Below are positions 31,617 through 41,935 of a stretch of 64,000 nucleotides of DNA, one piece after another. This stretch comes from Chloroflexota bacterium. GTDB taxonomy: Bacteria; Chloroflexota; Dehalococcoidia; Lucifugimonadales; Australimonadaceae. Every line of letters begins with the position of its first letter. The stretch's first letter is position 1. The stretch lies in assembly GCA_028874795.1 (NCBI GenBank), contig JAPPHT010000020.1:472-64471 (forward strand). The letters are read 5' to 3'. Made by a program: the position numbers and the translations under genes. Below the pieces are notes generated by a model that saw nothing but the letters and a program-made list of their open reading frames with translations, searched no databases and was not told the DNA's origin.

Positions 31617-32615
31617 ATGCTCAGCCTCCACGGCCAGCAGCTCCCCGTCCGGACCCTGGAACGGTCGCTCTCGGAAGGCCGTCTCCACCACGCATACCTG
31701 TTCATAGGACCGGCGCACCTGGGCAAAACCACGCTCGCGGTGCAGTTCGCACAGGCGCTGAACTGCGACGCGGACGCGCCTCCATGCGGCGCGTGCTCCG
31801 GTTGCACACGCATCGCCGAGGGCAACCATGCGGACGTGCGCCTCATAAGCCTCGGCGAGGAGGCAGGTTCCATCGGCATCGGCGCGGTGCGGGAGATCAT
31901 CAACTCTGCCCACCTGCGTCCCTACGAGGGGCGGACCCGCGTTTTCATCATCGCCGAGGCCGACCTGCTCACCCGGGACGCGGCCAATGCCCTGCTCAAG
32001 GTGCTCGAGGAACCCCCGGACGACGTGGTGCTCATACTCGTCGGCAATAGCCTGGACAACCTGCTGCCGACCGTCCGCTCCCGCTGCCAGACGCTCCACT
32101 TCCATCCCCTCTCGGTCAGCGAGGTCGCCCACATCCTGCAGGAAGAGCGCGGGGTGAGTCCGCAGCACGCCGAAGTGCTTGCGCGTCTCTCTCGGGGCTG
32201 CATCGGCTGGGCCCTCGCCGCAACCGGAGACGACACGATGTACGCGTCCGTGCACCAGCGGATCGAACAGATCGTCGATGCCATCGATGGCGGGCTTGAG
32301 GAGCGGTTCGCCTACGCAGGAGAGCTCGCGCGGCGCCTCGATCGCGACCGCGGCGCCGGGCGGGAGGAACTCCTCCTGTGGCTCCGGTGGCTGCGAGACA
32401 TCATGCTTGTGCAGCAGGGGAACGCCGCAGGCATAACCAATCTCTCCTGGCGCGAGGTCCTGGAAGGGCAGGCCGCCGCCCTGCAACCGGCTGATGTCGT
32501 CCGGTGGACCCACAACGTCAACCGGACCATCGAGGCCCTGGAGCGGAACGCCAATGTCCGGCTCGCTCTGGACGTCTTCATGCTGGAAGCCCCGCTCCTG
32601 AAGGCGGGGGCGTGA
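31617..32615 (+). CDS. holB: DNA polymerase III subunit delta-prime
   Basis: HAYLFIGPAHLGKTTLA Walker-like motif, zinc module CGACSGC, and the VFIIAEADLL and SRCQ sensor motifs. Confidence 0.85.
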   Translation: MLSLHGQQLPVRTLERSLSEGRLHHAYLFIGPAHLGKTTLAVQFAQALNCDADAPPCGACSGCTRIAEGNHADVRLISLGEEAGSIGIGAVREIINSAHLRPYEGRTRVFIIAEADLLTRDAANALLKVLEEPPDDVVLILVGNSLDNLLPTVRSRCQTLHFHPLSVSEVAHILQEERGVSPQHAEVLARLSRGCIGWALAATGDDTMYASVHQRIEQIVDAIDGGLEERFAYAGELARRLDRDRGAGREELLLWLRWLRDIMLVQQGNAAGITNLSWREVLEGQAAALQPADVVRWTHNVNRTIEALERNANVRLALDVFMLEAPLLKAGA

Positions 32616-32656
32616 CAGGAAGCCGGATGCGTGCTCTGCCGCTGCCCAGCGACAGG

Positions 32657-33259
32657 CTACGCGTGAACGAGCGCCTCGAATCCACGCTCTGTGATGTGGC
32701 GCTTCTGCGCCATCCACGGCAGGTAGATGCTCCACTCGTCCGGCAGGCTGCGGTGCATGAGGTGATAGTAGGGGTTTGCCTTGGGTGGCATGGGCTCGCG
32801 CAGCAGCCGCATGTTCGCCTGCGCGGGCGTGCGCCCGGCCTTGCGGTGGTTGCACGGAACGCAGGCCGCGACGACGTTCTCCCACGTATGCGGACCGTTG
32901 AGCACACGAGGCACGACGTGGTCGAGGGTCAGGTCTCGCGTCTGCTTGCCGCAGTACTGGCAAGAGAACTGGTCGCGCCAGAATACCTCCCGCCTGGACA
33001 GACGGCGTGTGAACAACGGGCGCTTGACCATGTAGAGCAGCCGTATGACTGAAGGGATGGGGAAGCTCTCATACACGGAGTGGTACTCGCCGCTTCCCAG
33101 CTCCAGGGGCTGTGCTTTCTGCCCCAGTACGAGGAGCAGCGCGCGCCTCACGCCGCAGACGTTCAACGGCTCGTAGTTCTGGTTCAGGATGAGGACCGCC
33201 TCGGCCAGAGCGTCTCCTCCTTGCGAGACCACCGTCAGTGGAGAGGCCCGCTCTCGCAA
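32657..33259 (-). CDS. HNH endonuclease domain protein
   Basis: CQYCGKQ...LTLDHVVPR...NVVAACVPCNHRK beta-beta-alpha-metal motif. Confidence 0.75.
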   Translation of the reverse strand: MRERASPLTVVSQGGDALAEAVLILNQNYEPLNVCGVRRALLLVLGQKAQPLELGSGEYHSVYESFPIPSVIRLLYMVKRPLFTRRLSRREVFWRDQFSCQYCGKQTRDLTLDHVVPRVLNGPHTWENVVAACVPCNHRKAGRTPAQANMRLLREPMPPKANPYYHLMHRSLPDEWSIYLPWMAQKRHITERGFEALVHA

Positions 33260-33324
33260 TCATAAGAGGGCAGGGGAGCGCACGGCAACCTCCATCCGTT
33301 AACCGGAGGAGCACGTCCCGGCAG

Positions 33325-33834
33325 CTACGCTTCTCCCGGGTCGGCGAACAGCGAGGTTCGGATATCGAACTCCGCAGGCATGAGCCCGCGCAGGAAAGAG
33401 GTCCCGTCCAGGAGGATGTCCGCAACCAGTGACTCCCGCAGGGCCTCCTGCACCTCTTCCACCGGTATGGCGTCCATCGCCAGGACCAGCGCGGACGCGC
33501 CCAGCAGGCCGACGAGCAGGCCAACGGCCATCCCGACGCCCCTGTCGACCCAACCGAGCATGAGGATGCTCAGCGTCGCCTTGATCGCGCGTCCGAGCAC
33601 CCACGCCCCTACTACCACGGCGGCCAGGATGACGACGAACGTGATGAACTGCCGAAGGCCGTCGCTGTCGACCATCGGGATGGCCCAGTCGAGCGTGTCG
33701 TAGAGCCTGCTGGCGAGGAAGAGTCCGACGATGAACCCCAAGAAAGTGAACAGCCACTTGATGACGCCGTTCACCCAGCCAAGGAATCCTCCGGCGACCA
33801 GCAGGAACAGGATGAGCAGGTCTATCAGGTTCAT
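33325..33834 (-). CDS. CvpA-family membrane protein
   Basis: 169 aa with four hydrophobic segments and MNLIDLLILFLLVAGGFLGW start. ATG at 33834 lies within the longer spurious ORF. Confidence 0.65.
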   Translation of the reverse strand: MNLIDLLILFLLVAGGFLGWVNGVIKWLFTFLGFIVGLFLASRLYDTLDWAIPMVDSDGLRQFITFVVILAAVVVGAWVLGRAIKATLSILMLGWVDRGVGMAVGLLVGLLGASALVLAMDAIPVEEVQEALRESLVADILLDGTSFLRGLMPAEFDIRTSLFADPGEA

Positions 33835-34042
33835 CACCCGTCCCTGTTCGGGATCGCCTCTGGACGAGGCATGGAACTGGCCTCCCACTATGCACGCGCG
33901 GCGTTCCGCCTTCAACGAGGTAGCGGTGCGTGCTTCCGGGAACCCGTCCCGATGCGATGAATCCGCACCGAAGCCAGGGGCGTAGTGCCGTGTAGCGCGC
34001 TTGAAGAGACCGTTGGAATCGCAACCGAAGGAGGCAACATCC

Positions 34043-34507
34043 ATGCGCAAGAGATGGCTGGTAGTCCCCGCCCTGGCGGCCCTGCTCCTGACCGGAGTCA
34101 TCGCGGGGACGGCATTCGCCCAGGACGGATCGTCAGACGACGATTCCAGGGTGTCCCGTTTCGTGGAGATCCTCGCCGGGAAGCTCGGCATCGGCGAAGA
34201 GGAGCTCCAGACGTCGGTGGACGAGACGATGGAGGAGTTGCAGGCCGAGCGGAAGGCGGCCTGGGAGCAGCGCCTGCGTGACAAGCTGGCCGCGATGGTC
34301 GAGGAAGGGAAGGTCACCCAGGAACAGGCGGACGAGTACCTGGACTGGTACCTGGATCCACCCGAGATCGCGCGCGGTGACTCACGCGGGAGGTTCGGCT
34401 TCGGGAAGGGCCACCACCGCGGCATGCGCGGCGGGTTCTCGGGACGTGGCCGGATGCATCGGGGAGGAGACTCCGGTGAGACGTCATCGGACGCCGTCGC
34501 TTCCTGA
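34043..34507 (+). CDS. secreted hypothetical protein with Gly/Arg-rich tail
   Basis: MRKRWLVVPALAALLLTGVIAGTAFA signal peptide, GGAGG upstream, helical acidic core and GRFGFGKGHHRGMRGGFSGRGRMHRGG tail. Confidence 0.5.
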   Translation: MRKRWLVVPALAALLLTGVIAGTAFAQDGSSDDDSRVSRFVEILAGKLGIGEEELQTSVDETMEELQAERKAAWEQRLRDKLAAMVEEGKVTQEQADEYLDWYLDPPEIARGDSRGRFGFGKGHHRGMRGGFSGRGRMHRGGDSGETSSDAVAS

Positions 34508-34530
34508 GCGGGAGCAACCACCGCCACGAG

Positions 34531-34555
34531 GAAGGGGCGCTCGGTGCGCCCCTTC
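34531..34555. terminator. GC-rich hairpin between convergent genes
   Basis: GAAGGGGCGC-TCGGT-GCGCCCCTTC, a 10-bp stem. Confidence 0.55.
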
Positions 34556-34588
34556 TCCATGTCCGCCGATGATGGGCAGGAGCCGGTC

Positions 34589-35518
34589 CTAGACCGCGAA
34601 AACAGGGTTGTCCCTGGTGATGATGCGCTTCTCTGCCGCGACCGCCTCCCGCACGAACTTCGGGAGGCCGAACATCCCGCGGTGCGCCGTTCCGTCGTAG
34701 AAGCGGAGCCCGGACGCGATGCGCTCTCGCACGCGTGCGTCCACTTCGGTGTCGCTCATCGCGCTCACGTTGGGCGCGTCAGGGCCGCCGCAGGCTATGA
34801 ACCCCCACGTCATCCCGAAACTCGGGATATGCACGTCATAACCGGAGACCTCATCGAACACGCGCTCCATCGTGCGCGCGATGGCCGTGAACACCTCGCG
34901 CACGGTCGTGGGCCCGGTCGGTCCGGACTGCGCCACCATGAGCCCTCCGGGCGCGAGCCGGGAACGCACCAGTTCGTAGAACTCCACCGTGAAGAGCAGG
35001 TAGGCGGGCCCGCCTTCCAATGGGTCCGGTACGTCGATGATGATGACGTCGAACGGAGTCTCCCGCTGCTCCAGGTACGCCAGCGCATCCTCGTGCAGCA
35101 ACGACACGCGCGGGTCGTCGAAGGAGCCTTGATGGTGGGCCGGCAGGTGCTCCCTGCACAGATCGACGACAGCCTTGTCGAGGTCGACCATGACAACCTC
35201 CTCGACCGTGCCGTGACGGAGTACCTCACGTATCGTCGCACCCTCGCCACCACCGGCCACCATCACGCGCCGGGGGTTTGCGTGGGCGACCATGACTGGT
35301 TGGACGAGCGCCTCGTGATACACCCACTCATCGGACTCCGACGACTGGGTCTTGCCATCCAGTACGAGCATCCTGCCGAAGGAGCCGGTCTCCAGCACCT
35401 GTACGTGTTGATAGGGCGTATCGCCCTCGAAGATGACCTGCCGGACGCTGGATGCCTGTACGAGGTCCGGCGTCAGGTGCTCCAGGTACCAGAGCGTCCT
35501 GGGTGAGAGTCCGTTCAT
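34589..35518 (-). CDS. speE: spermidine synthase (polyamine aminopropyltransferase)
   Basis: YQHVQVLETGSFGRMLVLDG, VMVAGGGEGATIREVLRH and IIIDVPDP motifs. Confidence 0.9.
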   Translation of the reverse strand: MNGLSPRTLWYLEHLTPDLVQASSVRQVIFEGDTPYQHVQVLETGSFGRMLVLDGKTQSSESDEWVYHEALVQPVMVAHANPRRVMVAGGGEGATIREVLRHGTVEEVVMVDLDKAVVDLCREHLPAHHQGSFDDPRVSLLHEDALAYLEQRETPFDVIIIDVPDPLEGGPAYLLFTVEFYELVRSRLAPGGLMVAQSGPTGPTTVREVFTAIARTMERVFDEVSGYDVHIPSFGMTWGFIACGGPDAPNVSAMSDTEVDARVRERIASGLRFYDGTAHRGMFGLPKFVREAVAAEKRIITRDNPVFAV

Positions 35519-35519
35519 C

Positions 35520-35891
35520 TCAAGCGGTGGCGGCGAAGGAAAGGATATCGATGCCGCGCGAGACCTCGGTCATCTCCGCGTCGGTCGATTCGAGTCCGGC
35601 GATGATGAGTCGGGCGGCTTCGATGGGGTTGAAGTTCTCGCCGCAGGTGAAGATGTCCACGGCGGCGTAGGAGAACTCGGGCCAGGTATGGATGCACAGG
35701 TGGGACTCGGCGATGGCGACGACGCCGGTAACTCCCTGGGGGCTGAACTGGTGGAAGATCTTGCCTATAACAGTTGCGCCGGTTTCCTCGGCGGCACGAA
35801 GCATCATGCCTTCCAGCAAGGGAAGGTCATCGAGCGATGCGGGGTTACAGGAGCGGAGCTCCAGCAGAACGTGGCGACCCAGCGCTTCCAA
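35520..35891 (-). CDS. speH: S-adenosylmethionine decarboxylase proenzyme (small bacterial/archaeal type)
   Basis: GRHVLLELRSC..., the VAIAESHLCIHTWPE self-cleavage ES site and DIFTCG. Stop is 2 nt before the speE start. Confidence 0.85.
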   Translation of the reverse strand: MEALGRHVLLELRSCNPASLDDLPLLEGMMLRAAEETGATVIGKIFHQFSPQGVTGVVAIAESHLCIHTWPEFSYAAVDIFTCGENFNPIEAARLIIAGLESTDAEMTEVSRGIDILSFAATA

Positions 35892-36082
35892 TCAAGCAGC
35901 CCCCCTTTCCGGAAAGTACCGCTTGCGGAGTTCCCTGGCGGAACAAGCGGACACAATAGCGCATACTAGCACCGGCCTCGCTCTTGATGCAAGCGACCGG
36001 TGCCCACCTGTCGCCATCCCTGGCGCGCCCCATTGCATCCTCCTGCTTGACGCCTGGGAAGCGGCCTCCATAGCATGGAGCC

Positions 36083-36526
36083 ATGGAAGACTACCTTAGG
36101 CAGTACGGGCTCGTACTCATGCTTTCCGCCGTCGCCGTCATCGTGCCTGCCAGCGTGCTCGTCCTCTCTCAGTTGGCGACCAGGATCAAGGCTCGCCCGT
36201 TCCGCCCAAACCCCATCAAGTACACCCCGTACGAATGCGGCATGGAACCGGAGCGCGGGCGCTGGGAGCGCTTCAACGTGCGCTACTACCGGTTCGCGCT
36301 CCTCTTCCTCCTGTTCGACGTGGAGGTGGTATTCCTCTTCCCATGGGCTTCCCGGGCCGGCGCTATGGGATGGTCTGCGTTCGGCGCCATCCTCTTCTTC
36401 ACCGCGGTGATGGTTGCCGGCTGGGCCTACGAATGGAAGCGCGGCGGGATGGAGTGGGACGAGACCCTTCCCGGTGCGTCGACCGACGACGTCGGCTCCG
36501 AAGCAGCCGGTCCTGTGGCAGCCTGA
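36083..36526 (+). CDS. nuoA: NADH-quinone oxidoreductase subunit A
   Basis: YECGMEP...RYYRFALLFLLFDVEVVFLFPWA signature. No nuoB follows in this window. Confidence 0.85.
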   Translation: MEDYLRQYGLVLMLSAVAVIVPASVLVLSQLATRIKARPFRPNPIKYTPYECGMEPERGRWERFNVRYYRFALLFLLFDVEVVFLFPWASRAGAMGWSAFGAILFFTAVMVAGWAYEWKRGGMEWDETLPGASTDDVGSEAAGPVAA

Positions 36527-36544
36527 GCCCCTAGGCGAGTCGGC

Positions 36545-37618
36545 TCAGACGACAGCTTCTGCCTCTTCGAGGAGGCGCGCCTGCTCGTCCTGCAGCAGCG
36601 CATCCACCACGGCGTCTATCTGCCCGTCCATGATCTCCTGTAGGCCGTGGACCGACATGCCGATGCGATGGTCCGTGAGACGGTCCTGGGGAAAGTTGTA
36701 GGTCCGTATCTTCTCGGAGCGGTCGCCGGCCCCCACCTGGGAGCGCCGCGCTGCCGAAGTCGCGGCCTGCTGCTCGTGGAGTTGCTGCTCGTAGAGGCGT
36801 GAACGGAGAACGGCCATGGCCTTCGTCTTGTTCCGCAGCTGCGAGCGCTCATCCTGCGACACGACGACGATGCCGGTGGGGTTATGGACGACGCGCACCG
36901 CGGTGGCCACCTTGTTGACGTTCTGGCCGCCCGGACCGCCTGAGTGGAAGATATCCACCCGCAGGTCCTCGGGCCTGATGTCCACGTCCACTTCGTCCGC
37001 TTCCGCCAGGACCGCGACCGTCGCCGTGGAGGTGTGTATGCGGCCCTGGGCCTCGGTTACCGGCACGCGCTGCACGCGGTGAACCCCGCTCTCGTGCTTC
37101 AGGAGGCGGTACGCATCGGACCCTTCGATCTCGCAGACCACTTCCTTCAGTCCGCCCTGCTCGGTCTCGCTCGTGTTCACGATGTCCACGCGCAGGCCGT
37201 GCCGCTGCGCGTAACGCTGGTACATGCGGAAGAGGTCCCCTGCGAAGAGCGCGGCCTCATCTCCACCCGTACCGCCGCGGATCTCCATGATGACGTTCTT
37301 GCTGTCATTCGGGTCCTTCGGGAGGAGCGCATCGCGCAGCGCCCCATTGAGCCGCTCGATATCGGCGGCAAGGCTCTCGGCCTCCTCCTCTGCCAGGGCT
37401 GCGACCTCCGGATCGGAGTCGTCAGCGAGCTCTCTCACCCCCGCGAGTTCACTCTGCGCAACCTGCAACTGTTCCCAAGCGTTCACGACGGGCAGCAGCG
37501 CGGCTCGCTCTCTGCTCAGCCGCGTGAGTTGGGTGGGGTCGGCAACCACATCCGGAGATGCGAGAAGCGTGTCGATCTCCTCGCGGCGCTTCAGCAGATT
37601 GTCCAGTCGTTCGAACAT
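36545..37618 (-). CDS. prfA: peptide chain release factor 1
   Basis: GGPGGQNVNKVATAVR (GGQ) and RVPVTEAQGRIHTS (PxT-type RF1 tripeptide). Confidence 0.95.
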   Translation of the reverse strand: MFERLDNLLKRREEIDTLLASPDVVADPTQLTRLSRERAALLPVVNAWEQLQVAQSELAGVRELADDSDPEVAALAEEEAESLAADIERLNGALRDALLPKDPNDSKNVIMEIRGGTGGDEAALFAGDLFRMYQRYAQRHGLRVDIVNTSETEQGGLKEVVCEIEGSDAYRLLKHESGVHRVQRVPVTEAQGRIHTSTATVAVLAEADEVDVDIRPEDLRVDIFHSGGPGGQNVNKVATAVRVVHNPTGIVVVSQDERSQLRNKTKAMAVLRSRLYEQQLHEQQAATSAARRSQVGAGDRSEKIRTYNFPQDRLTDHRIGMSVHGLQEIMDGQIDAVVDALLQDEQARLLEEAEAVV

Positions 37619-37822
37619 GACGGAGCGTTCTCACAATGGAACCCCGGCATGCCGGGGAACGTAGTTAATCAGCATAGCACAGCGACCCGGCCGGACCGGG
37701 AGGGCGACTGATACACCGTTGCAAACAAGCAACCCTAACTCATTGGAGATGGTCTGCGTGCAACATAGAATCGTCGCATTGTCCGGCTGCGGACGATAGG
37801 TTGCCAGCCTTTGTGAGGCCTA

Positions 37823-39031
37823 ATGCGGATACCTCTGCTCACTCCAGCCATTGCCCTTCTCCTCGTCGCCCTCGCGACGACGGTTAGCGTCGCTTGCGCG
37901 GACGAACCGGTGATCGTCCCTCCCCAGCTCAACACACCGACGCCACTGCCGACACCCACGGCCACGCCTACCGCCACTCCCACTCCTACGGCGACGCCCA
38001 CGGCGACCCCAACCGTGACGCCCACGCCCACGCCGACGCCGACGCCCACCCCGACCCCGACGCCTACGGCGACGCCTACCCCGACTCCGTTGCCTGCAGC
38101 CACGCCCACGCCTACGGCCCTGCCGCCCGGAGTCGCCTCTGATGCCGCCAAAGGGGCCATGGTAAGGCTGCTCATCAACGAGCAGGTCTGGACAGGCGCC
38201 GTCGTCAGCGACAGCGGTGAGATATTGACCACGTCCAGCGCTCTGGGTAGGGCTCCGATGGTGAACTACGTCCTGGCCAACGGAACGCAGGGAGAGGCAT
38301 GGGTGGTTGGCAGAGACGACGACGCAGGCCTGGCCCTGCTCCGGCCTCTCGTCGAGTCGCCCCCGTACGACTTCGTCCAGCTCTCCCCGGACGCCCCCAC
38401 CATCGGCGACGGGCTCACGTTGCTCCAGCACTCCGGTTTCTCAACCGCGCTGGACCAGCGGCCCACCTCCGTAAGCGGCTACAAGCCCGGGATACTCGGC
38501 TACAACTACATGCAGATCAACGCCGCCGACAACGCCACTGCGGATGGCGCGATGCTCATAGACAGCTTCGGAAGGATCCAGGGCATCCGCATGCCGTCTG
38601 TATGGCTGTTGCAGCACCAGATAGCCAATCCCAATGAGGTCTACGCGGTGGACGCGGCCCAGGTTGGAAACGCCGCTGTACCTTCGCTGAGAGCAGGGCG
38701 CTACCACGTCGAGGCTCGCCCGCAGACCGGCGAGATCGGGACGATCCCGCCTATCCCCATCATCTTCAACGGGCACATCACCATAGACGGTGTGGACGCG
38801 ACCCAGGGGACTCCGATCTACGCCAGGCTGCGGAAGGCCGGCGAGCGCGACCACTGGATCGATGACACCGTCGAGGACCTTGGGTTCTACATCCTCAACG
38901 TCTCTGCGCCATCCAACAGCTATGACGGCGCCATCGTGGAGTTCTGGACCAACGGCAGACTCGCGGACCAGAGAGGGAACTACAGTTTCCAGCCGCAGGG
39001 CGAACAAGTGAGGTTGGACCTCGCGTTCTAG
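37823..39031 (+). CDS. secreted trypsin-fold (HtrA-like) homologue without catalytic His/Ser, with Thr/Pro linker
   Basis: Signal/TM segment and about 60 aa of (T/A)P repeats. The protease-like core is WTGAVVSDSGEILTTSSAL...DDDAGLALLRP...NATADGAMLIDSFGRIQGI. Confidence 0.5.
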   Translation: MRIPLLTPAIALLLVALATTVSVACADEPVIVPPQLNTPTPLPTPTATPTATPTPTATPTATPTVTPTPTPTPTPTPTPTPTATPTPTPLPAATPTPTALPPGVASDAAKGAMVRLLINEQVWTGAVVSDSGEILTTSSALGRAPMVNYVLANGTQGEAWVVGRDDDAGLALLRPLVESPPYDFVQLSPDAPTIGDGLTLLQHSGFSTALDQRPTSVSGYKPGILGYNYMQINAADNATADGAMLIDSFGRIQGIRMPSVWLLQHQIANPNEVYAVDAAQVGNAAVPSLRAGRYHVEARPQTGEIGTIPPIPIIFNGHITIDGVDATQGTPIYARLRKAGERDHWIDDTVEDLGFYILNVSAPSNSYDGAIVEFWTNGRLADQRGNYSFQPQGEQVRLDLAF

Positions 39032-39143
39032 CCTGCCGCACCGATCCGACCGGGCGGCGGTGCGCACGTTGCCAGAGCGCGCCGTCGCCTCGAACCAGGC
39101 GACCAAGCCCCTGTGCTGAAGGAGCGGGCATCCCGGATAGACC

Positions 39144-40364
39144 ATGCGGAAGAACCTGCGCATTCCAACTGCAGTCGTCCTCGCGGCGATCTTCGTGCTG
39201 GCGCTCGCCGTCGCCTACGACGGTTCCCGCGAAGAGACCCCCGCGCCCGAACCAACCCCCACGCCGGCGGCAACACCGACGCCGACTCCCACGCCTACCG
39301 CGACGCCCACTCCCACGCCGACGGCGACGCCGACTCCCACCCCGACGCCGACGCCTACCCCCACTCCGACACCGACACCCACGCCTACTCCGACGCCTAC
39401 GCCCACGCCTGTCCCCACACCGACACCTGAGCCAACTCCGGAGCCGATGCTGACGCTGGAGGAGGCCGCGGAGCGGTCCAGGAACGCCATCGTGGAGCTC
39501 TCCGTCGGCGACACCATCTGGACCGGCGCGATCGTCAGCGAAAGCGGGGAGATCATCACCGCAGCTTCCCCGCTGGGGAACTCGCCGCAGGTCTCCTTCA
39601 CGCTCGCGGACGGCACGGAGGGCGTGGCATGGGTGACGGGCAGGAGCGACGAACAGGGGCTGGCGCTGCTAAGCCCGCTCGGCGAGCCCCGCACCTACGA
39701 CTTCCTGGAGCTCTCTTCCGACATCCCGACCATCGGCGAACGGATGGTGCTCATGCAGTACGACCCGTTCGACGGGATGCTGGACCCGCGCCCGGTCACC
39801 GCCAGGGGGTTCATCTTCTCCTTCCTCGGCTACGGCTTCATCCAGCTGCACATCGGTGAGACTTCCGCCTTCGACGGCGCGGCCGTTGTCAACGACAAGG
39901 CCGAGCTGCAGGGTGTGCGGATGCCTGCCCCCTGGCTGACCGCAAGGGGCATCGGCGAGCCCAGGGAGGTCTACGCGGCTGCCGCGTCCGACATCGCGAG
40001 CAGGCTCATACCGCAGCTCCGGACCGGGTACACGCAGATCAGTCCTCCACCGGAGGACACCATCGGTCCGGCGGGCCCGCCTCCCCAGATCCCCATCGTG
40101 TTCATCGGCAACGTCACGGTGGGCGGCGAGCCCGCGCTCCCCGGCTCACGGCTGTATGCGAAGGTGAGCAAGGAGGGACGTCCCACGCTCTGGTTCACCC
40201 AGCAGGTTTCGAGACTGGGCGAGTACGACCTCCCCATATCGTTGAACGTCGCCACGTACCTCGGGGCAACCATCGAGTTCTGGATGGACGCGGAAGCCTC
40301 TCTCGTCACAGCGGAAGTCACCCGCAAGGACAACAATACGCACTCCCTGGACCTGGCGTTCTAG
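39144..40364 (+). CDS. paralogue of 37823..39031 (inactive trypsin-fold protein with Thr/Pro linker)
   Basis: Same architecture: [19 protein letters not shown]...[10 protein letters not shown]...[19 protein letters not shown]. It has a shared C-terminal domain ending LDLAF. Confidence 0.5.
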   Translation: MRKNLRIPTAVVLAAIFVLALAVAYDGSREETPAPEPTPTPAATPTPTPTPTATPTPTPTATPTPTPTPTPTPTPTPTPTPTPTPTPTPVPTPTPEPTPEPMLTLEEAAERSRNAIVELSVGDTIWTGAIVSESGEIITAASPLGNSPQVSFTLADGTEGVAWVTGRSDEQGLALLSPLGEPRTYDFLELSSDIPTIGERMVLMQYDPFDGMLDPRPVTARGFIFSFLGYGFIQLHIGETSAFDGAAVVNDKAELQGVRMPAPWLTARGIGEPREVYAAAASDIASRLIPQLRTGYTQISPPPEDTIGPAGPPPQIPIVFIGNVTVGGEPALPGSRLYAKVSKEGRPTLWFTQQVSRLGEYDLPISLNVATYLGATIEFWMDAEASLVTAEVTRKDNNTHSLDLAF

Positions 40365-40372
40365 TCCGCGCC

Positions 40373-41620
40373 TTAGCGCGCTGCGTCAGCCGCCTGGGTC
40401 AGGGGCACCTCGCACTGCTCACTCGTGGCCATGTCCCGGAACGTCACCGTGCCGTGCTCGAGTTCCGCGTCGCCCAGGATGAAGACCCCACGCGCCCCGA
40501 GCGCCGACGCGTACCGGAGCTGCGCCTTGAGGCTGCGCGGCGGCGCGACCACGACCGCGGCCGCTGAGCCTTTTCGCAGCGTTGCAGCGAGGCGTACGGC
40601 CTCCGCCTTGGCCCGCTCTCCGCGGTACGCCAGCAGCAGCGGCGCGGACGCGGCATCCTGCGGCTCCGCGCCCTGCTCGCGCAGGTTCAGGATGAGGCGC
40701 TCTATCCCGGCCGCGAAGCCGATGCCCGGAGTCGGCCGCCCGCCGAGTTGCTCGATGAGGCCGTCGTAGCGGCCGCCGGCGCAGACGGCGCTCTGCGCGC
40801 CCTCGCGCGCCGGATGCACCTCGAAGACCGTGCGGGTGTAGTAGTCCAGTCCCCGCACGAGCGTGTGGTCGAGGCGGTACGGGATGCCGAGCGCGTCGAG
40901 ATAGCCGAGCAGCTCCTGCCAGTGCGCCCGCGCCTCTTCGCCGATGTAGTCCACGCTCCGCGGCGCCGACGCCATGAACGACTCGCCCTCGAGCTCCTTC
41001 GAATCGAGCAGCCGCAGCGGGTTCGTGTCGAGGCGGCGCCGGTCGTCCCGTCCCATGTGGGCGGCGTGCGGGCGGAAGTGCTCGCGCAGCGCCTCGACGT
41101 AGCGGGGCCTGTCGGCGGCGTCGCCGATGTTGTTCAGCACGAGCCTCATGCCCCCGAGGCCGAGCCGCTCCATGCTCTCCATCGCCAGCTGCAGCACCTC
41201 CAGGTCGACCGTCGCGTCCGAGTCGCCGATGGCCTCGATGCCGAACTGGTGGAACTGGCGGAAGCGTCCGGCCTGCGGCCGGTCGTACCGGAACATGGGG
41301 CAGAGGTAGTAGAGCCGCACCGGCAGCGGCTGGTTGTGCAGGCCGTGCTCCAGGTAGGCGCGGCAGACGGCGGCGGTCCCCTCCGGCCGGAGCGTGATCT
41401 CCTGACCGCCCCGGTCCTGGAAGCTGTACATCTCCTTCTGGACGATGTCCGTCTCCTCGCCGACGGTGCGGGCGAAGAGGGCCGTGTCCTCGAAGATGGG
41501 CGTATCGATGCGCGCGTAGCCGAACGCCCGGGCGGCCTCGGCAACCGTGCCGTACACGAACGACCAGTCGCGCTGCTGTTCCGGCAGGATGTCGGCTGTT
41601 CCTCGGGGGGCCTGGTGCAT
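40373..41620 (-). CDS. hisS: histidine--tRNA ligase
   Basis: PRGTADILP, class II motifs (MYSFQDRGG..ITLRPE, FHQFGIE, GGGRYDGL) and an anticodon-binding C-terminus. Start is 41620 or 41653. Confidence 0.9.
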   Translation of the reverse strand: MHQAPRGTADILPEQQRDWSFVYGTVAEAARAFGYARIDTPIFEDTALFARTVGEETDIVQKEMYSFQDRGGQEITLRPEGTAAVCRAYLEHGLHNQPLPVRLYYLCPMFRYDRPQAGRFRQFHQFGIEAIGDSDATVDLEVLQLAMESMERLGLGGMRLVLNNIGDAADRPRYVEALREHFRPHAAHMGRDDRRRLDTNPLRLLDSKELEGESFMASAPRSVDYIGEEARAHWQELLGYLDALGIPYRLDHTLVRGLDYYTRTVFEVHPAREGAQSAVCAGGRYDGLIEQLGGRPTPGIGFAAGIERLILNLREQGAEPQDAASAPLLLAYRGERAKAEAVRLAATLRKGSAAAVVVAPPRSLKAQLRYASALGARGVFILGDAELEHGTVTFRDMATSEQCEVPLTQAADAAR

Positions 41621-41665
41621 CGGACCTCTCGCGCAGAACGGGGTACGGTTCATTATAGGCGTTGG

Positions 41666-41935
41666 CCCGTCGTTCCTGCGGAGGCCCGCGCTCCCGCCCG
41701 GTCCCTTCCCCCTTGACGGGGGAAGGTCAGGATGGGGGTGAACCTGAGCGGTGTCCCCCTTGTCATGCTGAGCGGAGCCTGCGCTTCTGCGCGCAGCATC
41801 CTCTCGGGTACCGGCACCCCCTCCCTCGGGGAGAGGTTAGGTAGAGGGTGAACTGGGGATGGCGGAGTGGCGTTGCGATGAGTTCCCACCCTCTCCCTCG
41901 GGGAGAGGGTGCCGCGCCAGCGGCGGGTGAGGGCG
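41666..41935. repeat. palindromic repeat cluster (truncated B, A, F-like, two C-like units)
   Basis: GTCCCTTCCCCCTTGACGGGGGAAGGTCAGGATGGGGGTGA at 41701, TTGTCATGCTGAGCGGAGCC at 41761, and CCCTCGGGGAGAGG variants to 41935. Confidence 0.8.

Noticed and set aside
37950-38110. Short-period DNA repeats (ACGCC/ACCCC units) at 37950-38110, 39250-39430 and 63555-63660, considered as possible CRISPR or tandem-repeat loci.
   Set aside because: They are the coding sequence of Thr/Pro linkers within long ORFs. There is no repeat-spacer organisation. The antisense GVGVGV ORFs are artefacts.
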